Below, in pieces: positions 1 to 9,872 of a stretch of DNA of 20,000 nt (within the stretch, counting starts at the first letter, position 1; each line of letters opens with the position of its first letter). The DNA is from Vicugna vicugna. Its lineage: Eukaryota. Position numbers and translations under genes: made by a program. The DNA lies in contig MU057786.1 of assembly GCA_013265495.1 (NCBI GenBank), positions 233,965-253,964 on the forward strand, read 5' to 3'. The notes under the pieces are model-generated. The model made no database searches and was not told where the DNA came from. It saw only the letters and a list, made by a program, of their open reading frames with translations.

Positions 1-575
1 AGGAGAATAATCATAATTTCTTATCATAATCCAACAGTCCCTATTCAAATGTCCCTAGTTGTTGTCCCCAAACTATCTCTTACGGCTGATATGTTCAAGT
101 CAGGGTTCAGTCAAGACTACATCTTACCATTCATTGTTATTCCTCCCAAATTTCTTCTTATTTAGACTGGTGTTTGTAGATTTTCATGTGTGCATGCGAA
201 TCACCTGGAGTTCTTGCTAACATACAGATTCTGACTTGGGGGCTGGAGAGGGGCCTGAACTTCTGCATTTCTAACAAACTCTTAAGTGATGCTGTTGCTG
301 GAGGTCCATCGAATACACTGTGAGTAGCAAGGGTCTAGAACAATCCCCCTCTGTTTCTTTTCCATGACATTGATTTGATGTAGATCATGGGCCAGTTGTC
401 ATGTAGAAGGTGACCTCTGCTGGGTATAGCTGTTTGCTTCCTCATGGTGTCATTGAACTTGTTCATCTGCCCCCTGTATTGCCTATAAATATTGCCTATT
501 CTTTGTGGTGAGAATACATCATTGGGGGTGCAACATGCTTCACGTTGCATCATAACATCAGGCACAGAAAAACAT
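1..575 (-). mobile_element. Old LINE-1 3' UTR fragment (L1MC4/L1MC5-like), interrupted by MER5A1
   Basis: Resembles the recalled antisense L1MC 3' UTR (attcaaatgtccc..., ccagttgtcatgtagaagg, gcttcctcatggtgtcattgaacttgttc...ccctgtatt). The match resumes colinearly after 332. Confidence 0.7.
168..332 (-). mobile_element. MER5A1-like hAT-Charlie non-autonomous DNA transposon
   Basis: Hallmark motifs gtgcatgcgaatcacctgg, cagattctga, ctgcatttctaacaa and gagtagcaagg. Flanked by a degenerate 8-bp NTCTAGAN-type TSD, atttagac (160-167) / gtctagaa (333-340). Confidence 0.85.
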
Positions 576-582
576 CCTTCGG

Positions 583-713
583 TGTGATTCATGGTTGGGC
601 ATCAAAGGTCCTTGACCACTTGGGATTGTAGGTAGGTGCTGTTGGATGTGAGTGTACCCATTTGGGGAAGTGGGGAAAGGATTCATTAATTGCATCAGAT
701 TCTCAAAGAGATG
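583..713 (+). mobile_element. Charlie4z-like hAT MITE fragment
   Basis: catggttgggcatcaaaggtccttga ... ggggaaaggattcat ... catcagattctcaaag follows the recalled Charlie4z consensus in order. Confidence 0.6.
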
Positions 714-2449
714 TTAGAAGTTTGCATTCATGAAAGACAACCCTTGGGAGTGCTTCCCAAACCCTTGAAGGACATCAGAACTGTTCCTGGTTCCTCTTTT
801 TGTCCCCATCTCCTTGCCTACAGAAGTGCCCCTGCAGGGTGAAGATCATCGCCTTTTGCTGCAGATGTGGCTCCCAAGCAGGTGTGTTTTCCCCTGTGGA
901 GTGAGTCCCAGGGAAGAACTTGGTCCCAGGCATTGCTGCAAGGACACTAGCTGGACATGGTCCACACCAGACACCAGGGTGAGGAGAGAAGTGCAAGGTC
1001 AAAGATACGGAGTTGGACAGAGTGAGAAGGGGCTTTCAACAGAGAAACAAGTGCTGGGTCAGGAGCCAGGGATGGTGGGAAGTGGAGTCGGGGCGGGGGG
1101 CAGGGTGAGTGACTCAGGAGGGCGGTGGTGACCATGCCCTGAGTCTGCCCACTTTGGGGGATGTGAGGATAGCCTCGATGGCTTAATAGGCTTCTTCAGG
1201 TACAGAATAACCTGACTCCAGAGGGTGTTCATTGAATCAGAATGGCTGTCATCCAAAGGCTGTGAACAGTTACTGTCTTTAACAGCACTGAGGCCTGTGT
1301 TAGTCGGGAAGGGCCTGATCACAGAAGGGGACACTGAAGTCATTTACCAGTGATGACTGTCAACCCCTGTGATGCCAGTGGTTCAGGCAGACACTGCTCA
1401 GAGGCAAGGCAAACAGCTGATATGCTGGTTCTGAAGACTCGTGAGTCCCTGCTGCCCTTTTCCTCAGAAAAGTTGGGCTATAAGGTAGGAATAGTCCTCC
1501 GTGTCTGAGGGTCCATTTGTTGGACCAGTGGGCCCCTTGAGAAATGGGTCTCAGCTGCATGACATTGGTACCTGCTTCCTTTCTTTAAAGAGTCCTCAGA
1601 GCTGGAGAGGAGAACACATGTGTGCAGGCTCGGGGGAAAGATAATGCTGTATAATTTTATATCTTCTTTTATACTGTGGCTCAGCCACATACCATTAGCA
1701 CAACAGGCAGGAAAATGAACGGAAATGAAGGGTGTCAGTGGCAGACATAGATAGATGGGGGTGATTGATTTTGGGTTTTTCTTCAGTGCAAGCTGAAGCA
1801 GAAAGTCGATGAGCCGCCCTGAGCCAGAGTCAACCAGGGCCCGGGCAGCAGGGCCACGCACGGGTGTTGTGGGCCACAGGCCTGCATACCTTTGAGCTTC
1901 TCTGGTCACCACGGGGAGCTGGCCCCGCTGTGTCTTTTCTGCTCCGGTGGGGGGTGTCTTTTACTTTTCAAACAAGGATTTATTTCCTTTGCCTTCCTTG
2001 GAAAGCAGAAGGAACTTCAGATCCTCCACACACACATTTTAGCTCTACAGGATGGACTAGCCATAGAGGGGGTCAGAAATGCCATGCTCCCTGCTCTCAT
2101 AGGATTGCTTGGTTGGTAGACGCTGGAGGTGGTATTTGAACTCTGTCTTCTGCTTCCAAAGCTCCTGCTCTTTCTACTGGTCCATGATGCTGTGGGTCTG
2201 TCTTGTCCTGTCTTTCCCTCCTGGCTTAGGCTCCCTGGGCCCCACTCTGGACTCTAAGCCCATCCTCCAGGTGGAAATGGGGAATGGCTGGTTCCACTGG
2301 GGAAGGGATAAGCCTGGATATTCTGGCTTTCTGCTAAAACCTCACAATCCGCATTAGCAAAGTGTTATTGAGTTCTTATTGCTCATGTGGAGCGCCAGTC
2401 CCTGTCCTGCAGGTCCCCTGTGTGACAGATGGGCTGAGTGAGGTTATCG

Positions 2450-2622
2450 GGCAAAGGCACAACCTTTGGATCAGCACACCTGTTCATTTCCTGGCGTTGT
2501 GTGACTCCACCACCGTCCTGAGTTCATCAGGGCGTCTGTAAGTGGAGGTGATGAGAGGCACCCTTACAGGGTCGGGTGAGGATGGGATGGGATAAAGCAC
2601 GGACGCTCCCCCACAGTGCCTC
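2450..2622 (+). mobile_element. Degenerate MIR SINE
   Basis: tgtgtgact ... tctgtaagtggaggtgatga ... cagggtcgggtgaggat ... cacagtgcct follows the MIR core-to-tail order. Confidence 0.55.
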
Positions 2623-2839
2623 TAACTGTGAGCTCCTTTCCTTTCCAGCTACTCTGTGAGCTTCTAGAAGGCCTGATGCTGTTCCCTCCTCCTATGTATG
2701 TTTCCAAGTGCCCCACTGCCCCCACACTTAGGTAGAAAGTGGGAGGCCAGTAACATGTGAAAGATGAACAAGTCTTTACTGATGTCTCCTGCACACCTAG
2801 TCAGAGCTCAGCGCTGGGCCTCCAGAGGCAAACTGGACA

Positions 2840-3260
2840 GAATCATTGCCCTCACGAGAATCCCCAGGCTTAGCAGGAGCAGGACACAGACACACTGGCA
2901 GCTCCACCAGGGAGAGCTGCAGGTGCTCTGAAGGTGGAGTTTGCGTGGACTGCAGGGAGGGAGCTGAGGAAGCTTCCTGGAGCATGTGAGCTGCAGGATG
3001 AGTCTTGAAAGATGAGGTTTTTCTAGGGAGGTGGGACGGGTGTTTCAGGCATCCCAGGAGAAGCACAGCACAAGTCTGGTGCACCCACGGAGCCTGGTGG
3101 GCCAGACCAGGGTAGGGCCCTAGGTCCTGACCAAGAATGGCCAGGGGGCACCATGACCCCTGAACCCCAGTACATGGTTTCTGGAGTTCAGGGGCAAGTG
3201 GCAGGTGAGGCTGACCATGTAGCCCAAGAGAGTCCTTTGTCTGAGTTTTAATGTAATAGA
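2840..3260 (-). mobile_element. L2 LINE 3' fragment
   Basis: Antisense L2 hallmarks tgccctcacgagaat, gaggaagcttcctggagc and tgagtcttgaaagatgag. Confidence 0.55.
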
Positions 3261-3289
3261 CAAAAATGCTATTACACTGGGATGGAAAT

Positions 3290-4840
3290 AATAGAACCAA
3301 ATCCCATGGTTCTATTTTCATTTTCTATATTCCCTTCTAGTCCCTGGTCCACGGACATATTTTTAATCACAGCACAGCTACAGTTTTGGTTACAGCTTTC
3401 TTCATTATATGGTAAACATTTTTCACTGTAGCTACAGAGTTTTCATAATTATCATTTCAATGGCTGCATAAATTGGCCATTAAGTTGATGTTCTTTAATT
3501 TGCTTAAACATCACCCTTTGTTCAGAGGTTTAGATTGTTTAGATTGTTTTCAGTTTCTGGTTATTATAAATCATGTAATGTTGACCATCTTCTTAGAGTA
3601 GCCTTGCCGTTTTCATGAATTATTTTCTTGGGGAAAAAAGTGAGATTATTGGGTCAAAGAGTGTGGGCATTTTCGTGGCACTTGCAATGGTAACGCCAAA
3701 CCATTTTTGAAGAGGATTGTTTCCTGTCACTGTGTGAGAAGGTGGGTTGGGCTATAACTCAAGAAGCATTTGGTGTTACAATTACAAACCTCTGTTTTTC
3801 TTTGTTGCTATTTTAACAGACTTTCCATTTGATTCACAGAGGGATGGAGACTTTCTCTTCATGTGTTTACTAAAGGTACCTCTTCATTTGTGGATTTCCT
3901 ACTCAAGCCCATTCATCTGTTGGCATCTTGAAGTTTTCAGAACAATTTGTGTGAACTCCTTACATTATGGAGTTATCAACACTCTGCCTGACACATTGCT
4001 ACAAGTATTTTTCCTAGACTATTTTTATTGTAGTGATCTTGTTCCTTTTTTGCAAAGCTTTTGTGCTTTTATATTGTTGAATCTGTTGGGTTTTCTTTTT
4101 TGGTTGTACTTTATCAGTATGAAACTTAAGAAGTTATTGCTCGCTCCAAAGAACAGATAAATATTTCCTGCTAAATTTTTCTTTCATTTGACTTCTCTGT
4201 TTGATTTTCTAATCTCTCCAGAGTTTATTTTTTGTTGTGTGAGGTAAAGTGTGTTTCTGAGTTAATTACTTTTCCTTGAAACTACCCATTATCATAGCAT
4301 AATTTATCAAGCAAGAATTTCTTTCTCCATGATTTGGTGAGCCCTACTTTGTACTAAAATTAAATTCTTAGTGCAATTAGGTCTGGATTTTTTAATTCAG
4401 ATTCATTTCTCTATTTGTGCCAGTTCTATAATATTTTAAATTCTCATTGCTTTATATTTTTATACCTGGTTTTCTCTCATTTTCCCCTCTACAGAAATTG
4501 ACTTAATATGCTCATCTATTTATTTTCAAAATTATTTTAGAATAATTTTATTTAATTCCTCAAAGAAATCCTTTTGAGATTTTGATTGGGGTCAAATAAA
4601 ATTTATAAATTAACTTTTGGGAAGTTGATGTCATTATAATGTAACATCTTCTCATCTGGGAACTGTTATTTTATTTTATTTTGTTTTATTTTATTATAGT
4701 TTTATTTGAATAACTCCCAGTAAAGTTTGGTTGTTCTCTTTCATCGGTCATGCATATCGCTAGCTAAATTTACTCCTAAGTAGTTATGCTCTTTGATGCC
4801 TCTGTGAGTGGGATCCCCTTTTTAACTTTATTTTATACTT
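3290..4840 (-). mobile_element. Old LINE-1 (L1ME-like): 3' UTR plus decayed ORF2 3' part
   Basis: T-rich strand with antisense L1 motifs (aatggctgcata, tttagattgttttcagttt, attattgggtcaaag, gagattttgattggg, ctaaatttactcctaagta). No intact ORF. Confidence 0.8.
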
Positions 4841-4889
4841 ATGCCTGGATAGAATACAGTGGTAGAATAATTAATAAAAAAAACCGATG

Positions 4890-5137
4890 CTTTTTATTTA
4901 CTGTATAACCAGGATGGCAATAACAATTGCAGAATTCATAAAGAAAACCAGAGCATAACCTGTCATCTCACCATCTGAACAAACAAATGGTTCGCATTTT
5001 TCTGTGGCTTCCTCTAGAACTTATCCATAAACAGACGCACTGGTGATCTATTTGGCATCCCACGGCTTCTCTTATGTTACATCATAAGCATTTTTCCCCT
5101 TCTTGCTGCAGAGTTTTGCTAATGATCTCTGTTAATG
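4890..5137 (-). mobile_element. Second old L1ME-like 3' end fragment
   Basis: Parallels the 3' end at 3.3-3.46 kb: taagcatttttccccttcttgctgcagagttttgctaatgatc...aatgg versus taaacatttttcactgtagctacagagttttcataattatc...aatgg. Confidence 0.5.
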
Positions 5138-5566
5138 GAAAGCCAGCAGGGGTGGGTGTGTGGGGTTGGTTCTCAGACTTCCTGAGGAGCACATGGGGGC
5201 GAGGAAGACAGCTGTGGCTGCTGTCCGTGGTGTGGAAGGTGCTGTGATGGACACAGAGTTGGTGAAGCAGGCAGAACAAGGGAGGCTGCTTTCTTCCCTG
5301 TAGGGCTTGCCAGGGCTAGATCGATCCGTTTTATAAACCTCCACAGGTGGTTCATGAACAGCCACAGTAAACAGGAGGAGCAAGGAATCAGAAGCACCAT
5401 CTGCAGAAGAGATGGAGAGATGAGTTTTGAATCAACTGATTGAAATTGCCCTCTGCAGTCTGGATGAACAGGATACTTTCCAGATTTCTTTGGCTTTGGT
5501 GCCAGGTGGGCACAGTGTCCATCTCATGGGTGTGTCTCCCTCCCTCATCATTCCTCCTCTTAAACA

Positions 5567-5622
5567 TTTACTGCTGAGTAGTATTCCACTGTATGTGTAT
5601 ACCACAACTTCTTTATCCAGTC
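5567..5622 (-). mobile_element. Young L1 ORF2 C-terminal piece, inverted relative to the adjacent 3' UTR pieces
   Basis: gctgagtagtattccactgtatgtgtataccacaacttctttatccagtc closely matches 13156-13205 in this window. The minus strand encodes DWIKKLWYTHTVEYYSA. Confidence 0.85.
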
Positions 5623-5630
5623 CTTCAATC

Positions 5631-5690
5631 CTTCAATACCTTGTAACGGCCTATGATGAAACAGTACATGAAAAGGAATATATACATATA
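5631..5690 (+). mobile_element. Young L1 3' UTR piece, upstream part
   Basis: ttcaataccttgtaacggcctatgatgaaacagtacatgaaaaggaatatatac matches the reverse complement of about 12770-12826 in this window. Confidence 0.75.
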
Positions 5691-5785
5691 TTGACCAAGG
5701 TCTGGCAGCAGACTTGGGAACATGCCTGCAGACCTGGGTCTCCTGAGAGCAAGGTGTGTGCTCTTAGTTATCTTGCAGCTGCCTC
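5691..5785 (-). mobile_element. MIR 5' half (tRNA-derived head and start of core)
   Basis: ttgaccaaggtc..cagc ... gacctgggtctcctga...caag...gtgctctta ... ctgcctc is colinear with antisense MIR (ttgcccaaggtcacacagc ... aacccaggtctgtctgactcc ... gtgctcttaacc ... ctgcctc). Confidence 0.65.
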
Positions 5786-5885
5786 TTACTAATGGTTGTT
5801 ACCACTTGTTGAATGGGCTTTGGGAATGTTATCTTGGTCAATTGTTTTAAAAAGATTTTTAAGAAATGAAAAAAAATTAGGCTGA

Positions 5886-6039
5886 CATATATATATATAC
5901 ATGTCACATATATATATGTATATATATATATGCAGACACACACAGACACGTACATAAATAAAAATGAATCACTGTGCTGTCCACCAGAAATTAACACATT
6001 GTGAACTGACTACACTTCAATTAAAAAATATATAAAAAA
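5886..6039 (+). mobile_element. Young L1 3' terminus with (TA)n tract and A-rich tail
   Basis: (TA)n at 5886-5931, then tgaatcactgtgctgtccaccagaaattaacacattgtgaactgactacacttcaattaaaaaa, which is homologous to the reverse complement of about 12700-12755. Confidence 0.85.
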
Positions 6040-6044
6040 GATGA

Positions 6045-6165
6045 AGCCTGTATACATATACCTGTGCCTCTTGATACCTCTAGCTCTATCTGTATCTGCA
6101 TATATATCTAATCTGTACTTACAGCTACGTCTCTCTCTCTATCTCTGTATCTAATCTATATGTGC
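6045..6165. repeat. Degenerate (TATATC/TGTATC)n low-complexity tract
   Basis: Repeated tatct/tgtatc/tctat units visible directly. Confidence 0.6.
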
Positions 6166-6192
6166 GCCGACACCCATACCCACACCTGGCTG

Positions 6193-6259
6193 TCTCAGAG
6201 CAGTGCTGACCTGCAGCGAGCACTACACACGTGTTAGCTGTCTTGTGATTGTTATTACT
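6193..6259 (+). mobile_element. MIR/L2 3' tail remnant
   Basis: ctcagagcagtgctgac...gcgagcact...tgttagctgtc...ttattact resembles cttagaacagtgcctggcac...aatgttagctattatt. Confidence 0.5.
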
Positions 6260-7630
6260 GCCAAGTGCGGTGGTGCAAAGTTGAGTCTCTCCGAGGGTCC
6301 AGAAGCATGCCTGCCCTCCGCTGCCTGTCCCATGCTGCCCACCCACGCTCCTCGGCCTGCACGGCCCCCAGGCCTGACATGAAGATCTGGCGGGGCCCGT
6401 GTCCTGTTTCCCTGACCTGATCAGCAGGGGCTCAGGGCCTGGGCATTTAAATAGCTTGTTTATTAGAAGCTGCTTCCTTGGTTTCTGTGTCTGACGTCTC
6501 CCTGGCTGCATCTCTTTTGCGGGTCATTAAGAATGTCACATTTGGTTTAAGCAAGCGTGTCACCACAGGGCTTTTCTGTGAGCATCACATGCGGGGTGAT
6601 CCTGAAGGCGCCTCCAGGACCTCCCCTGCCGGCAGCCTGAGACTGACTGGGAGATGGTGTCTGGCCCACACGTCATCCTGAAGGCAGCAGCGCCCTGGCT
6701 CTGGGGACGCAAGGCCTCACCAGGCTACTGAGTCTGACGGTGCCTGGGGGTGGTGTTTGCAGGAACATCCTGGACCCTCACCTGGCCCGGGAGGGGCTGA
6801 GGCAAAGGTCTCGAACCCCAGGAGAGCCTGCTTCTCGTCTGTCCTGACGGCGGCTCACCATGGAGGGAGAACGATTGACAGGTGGAATGTGAGGCCAGTG
6901 GAGCCCATGTGGGGTTGGGTACAGGCAGGGGCGTGTCCTCACTGCACCCTCCAGCGACCCCACTGAGCTTGTCCCTCTTGTGTATCATGACACTGAGGCC
7001 TGAGAATGACAAGGCTGTCCCAGGCCACCCTGCAGGTTGGTGCAGAGCCAGACTTGAGTGACCACAGGTCCACTTCCCTCCTCTGGTCCTCAGTGCCCGC
7101 CCAGCCCCACCCTGCCATCTAACCCCACCCCCCTCTGCTGTGATTCTGCCCTTTGCTCAGACTCCGACCTGGGGTGTTGGAACCTGACAGCCAGTGGTGT
7201 CCAGCCTCCCCTACTGCATCTGCCTCTGCGCAGGGAGCTCGTTTGGCCTTTCTGCTTGCCCTGCCTGCCACATTTTTCGCCTGTGGGACCACGCTGCGGC
7301 ACGTGGCCTGCTCCAGATGGCCCGGCTGTGTGATCGTGCTTGACGGCCCTCTTAGCTCCTGCCCTGGGAGCTGGCAGAGGCAGGGCTGGTTCATCCCTGC
7401 AGTGGATAGGACAGCCCAGCTCAGCAGTGGTGGTGGAAGTGGGTGCTGTCATGCAAGCCAGTGCTCTGGGTTTGTTCGGAGAGGAGTGTGTGTAGTCTTC
7501 TTGGCTCGGAGACTGAGCCTCCCCATTTCTGTGTGCTTCTGTGAAGCTAAACCTGTTTGGAAGGTGGCTGAGCTGCTGGAGGGATCTCCATCTGTAACTG
7601 GAAATGTGGTGATTAGAGAGGGGCAGGCTA

Positions 7631-7700
7631 TGTGTGTGCAGGTGTGTGTGTGTGCAGGTGTGTGTGAGGGCAGGCGTGTGAGTGTGTGTGAGTGTGTGTG
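7631..7700. repeat. Interrupted (TG)n microsatellite
   Basis: TG runs broken by cagg and ag spacers. Confidence 0.85.
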
Positions 7701-7984
7701 TTACGTGGGACAGCTACCCAGGTACAAGCTGTTCTGAGTGCCTGAGCCCAGCTCCCCTCTGCTAAAATTGGCCCAGCTCTGCTAAGCCAGGCGGTGAGCT
7801 CCACTCTGTGGGTACCTGCTACCTGTGGTGAACTGAGTGGGTCAAAGGACCCGGGCCTGGCCTTGAGAGTCTGAGTCTTCCCCTTCTCCTCTCCCCAGCC
7901 TTTGCAAACAGCCCAACTGAAGGGCCAGCAGAGGGGGGCTGGGCCAGCCCAGAGGTTTCTGAACACAGCCTGGAGAAGGTCTTC

Positions 7985-8470
7985 CTAGGGGATGGAAGGC
8001 TTTCTGGAGGAGGTGATACCAAAACAAAGCCTTGGAAGATAAGCTGGAGGAGTTGGTCAGGCACACAGGAGATGGGGGAGTGCATTCTAGGCCAAGAGGG
8101 CAGCATGGACAGGCACACAGATGCCCGGCAAGGGGGTGCTGGTGTCTTAGAGGAAGTGCAAGAGTTCAGTCTGGAGTGGGGGATGGGAGGAGGTGAGGGT
8201 GGGTAGGCAGGGGCTGGACTCTGACCCTGAGAGTCCTTCATGCCACTGCAGCCAAATGGGTTGCTGCTGAGTGGTTTTAGGTGGAAGAGTGACATAAACA
8301 GACTTAATTTTTAGGAGGATCCCTCTGGCTGGGGGTAGAGAGTGGGCTGGAGTCAGGGTGGGTATGAATCAGGGTGAGAGACCGTGGCTGATCTGGGGCC
8401 ATGGCCTTGGGGGTTCAGAGGTCCCAGAGGGGAGAGTCCAGGGAGGGCTCGGGGACTGCTGAGATGAGGA
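7985..8470 (-). mobile_element. L2 LINE fragment
   Basis: Antisense L2 hallmarks ggaaggctttctggaggaggtga, gcattctaggc...cagcatg, ggttttaggtggaagagtgacat and ttttaggaggatccctctggctg. Confidence 0.8.
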
Positions 8471-8875
8471 GAGGAACGCAGGGGCCAAGGTACCTGGATG
8501 GCGGCGTGCCTGGGGCTAGGAGCTCAGCGCCCACCGCAGCTCCCCGGGAAGAGCCCTCCGTGCCCACCTGCAGGCATCCGCCCCAGCCCATCCTGAATGG
8601 TCTTGCTGCTGCTCATGGTGACTCTAATTATGCACAAACCTACTTCAGCTACAGCTTTTTTCTCCTCTGCGGATGGGGATTCCAGAGCTTGCTGATGATT
8701 CCACTCTTCCATCTGCTCCCTGAGAAGGGCCATGGGCCCCTGAGAGGGTGGGCCCAGGCAGCTCCTGGACCCCATGGAAGGGCTGTGCTCTGAGGGCCCT
8801 CTGGCTCTGATGTCCCTGACGGGTGATGACAAGAAAGGCTCACATAAAATAACAATAAAGGCTTGGCTCCTGTCT

Positions 8876-8946
8876 GCAATTATCCCCATTTTACAGATGA
8901 GGCAGCCAAAGCCCAGGGAGGCCCAGTGACTTGCCCAAGTCACCTA
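8876..8946 (-). mobile_element. MIR core fragment
   Basis: attatccccattttacagatgagg...agtgacttgcccaagtcac is the canonical antisense MIR core. Confidence 0.85.
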
Positions 8947-8967
8947 AAGAGAGAGGAGGACCCCCAG

Positions 8968-8984
8968 NNNNNNNNNNNNNNNNN
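8968..8984. other. Assembly gap (17 N)
   Basis: Run of n characters. Confidence 0.99.
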
Positions 8985-9803
8985 CTGCCCCGGCGAGGCT
9001 GGGATGGGGCTGTGAGGGCTCTGCTCGAACGTGTGCTAAGTGCTAGGGTCTGTGTGGGCTTCTTAAACCCCCCTTCCTGTGCCAACAGGTAGAGTCTGCT
9101 GCCCTGTCTGTTGATTTCTAAGTCAGTATAGGGATCTGACAAGAACCACGTCCCAAAGGGAAAGTGCCCTGGCCCCCAATGAGGTCAGAGTGCCCTGGGA
9201 ACTGAGAGGAAGTGTGGCCCCCCGACGGGCAGAGGCAGGGAAGGCCTCTTGGAGGAAGAGGTGTTTGCAGCTGGTCTCGTCTGGGGGAGGATTTGGGTGT
9301 ACATTGGAAAAGGGGTGCTTAAGGCTGAGGAGGGAGCCAGAGGGCAAGGCAAGGAGGAATGGGGGTGGGAGAAAACACCTGGAAGTTTTCTGCACTGACA
9401 AAGGAGATCTTGGAGGATGTATGGGGAGCAGTGAATCGGGTTAGCTGGTGAGAAGGGTCCGGAACGGGGGTCATCGGTAATAACGGTGGAAAGGTAGGTA
9501 GGGGGCCAGGCCATGGCATTGAAAGCTGGGCCAGAGTCTGGACTTGGTTTCCTAGTGGTGGGTGGGGGAACATGATCAGAGCTTTTGTAAAATAAATGAA
9601 GAGGGCAGAGCCACGCAGCCCTGGATACAATGCAGGTAACTGTGAGTTAGAGAGGTCGGCCTTGTCCTTTGGTTTTCACAAGGATTCGACTCTTTAGTCT
9701 CTTTGCAACCAATCCCATTGCTGTTCTGAGTTTGCTGGCTACATGGAGGAGTTGTTGCATTTGGCCTTGACTCTGCTTCTGAAATGGAAGAGCAAGGAAT
9801 CAC

Positions 9804-9860
9804 TGAAGGAGCAGCAGGTAGAGGCAGGAGAAGGATGAAGAGGAGGAGGAGGAGGAGCAG
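9804..9860. repeat. GA-rich tract including a (GAG)n run
   Basis: gaaggagcagcagg...gatgaagaggaggaggaggaggagcag. Confidence 0.7.
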
Positions 9861-9872
9861 ACTGTTGTGGTA

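Noticed and set aside
1350..1434. Box C (GTGATGA) and box D (CTGA) snoRNA-like spacing
   Set aside because: No terminal stem directly closes the boxes, and there are no clear C'/D' boxes or recognisable rRNA guide.
2109..2357. Signal-peptide-like MMLWVCLVLSFPPGLGS
   Set aside because: The hydrophobicity comes from a CT/GT-rich stretch, and there is no promoter, convincing splice donor or recognisable mature domain.
3747..4160. 137-aa hydrophobic ORF
   Set aside because: It is the T-rich antisense strand of a decayed L1.
5690..5842. 10-bp inverted repeat ATTGACCAAG...CTTGGTCAAT suggesting a MITE
   Set aside because: The left arm is part of the MIR match, the right arm lies about 43 bp short of the segment boundary, and there is no TSD. 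Probably chance.
7153..7737. 194-aa ORF and overlapping ORFs in the GC-rich block
   Set aside because: Non-ATG start, runs into a TG repeat (VC-rich) and has no family resemblance. Chance ORFs are expected in GC-rich DNA.
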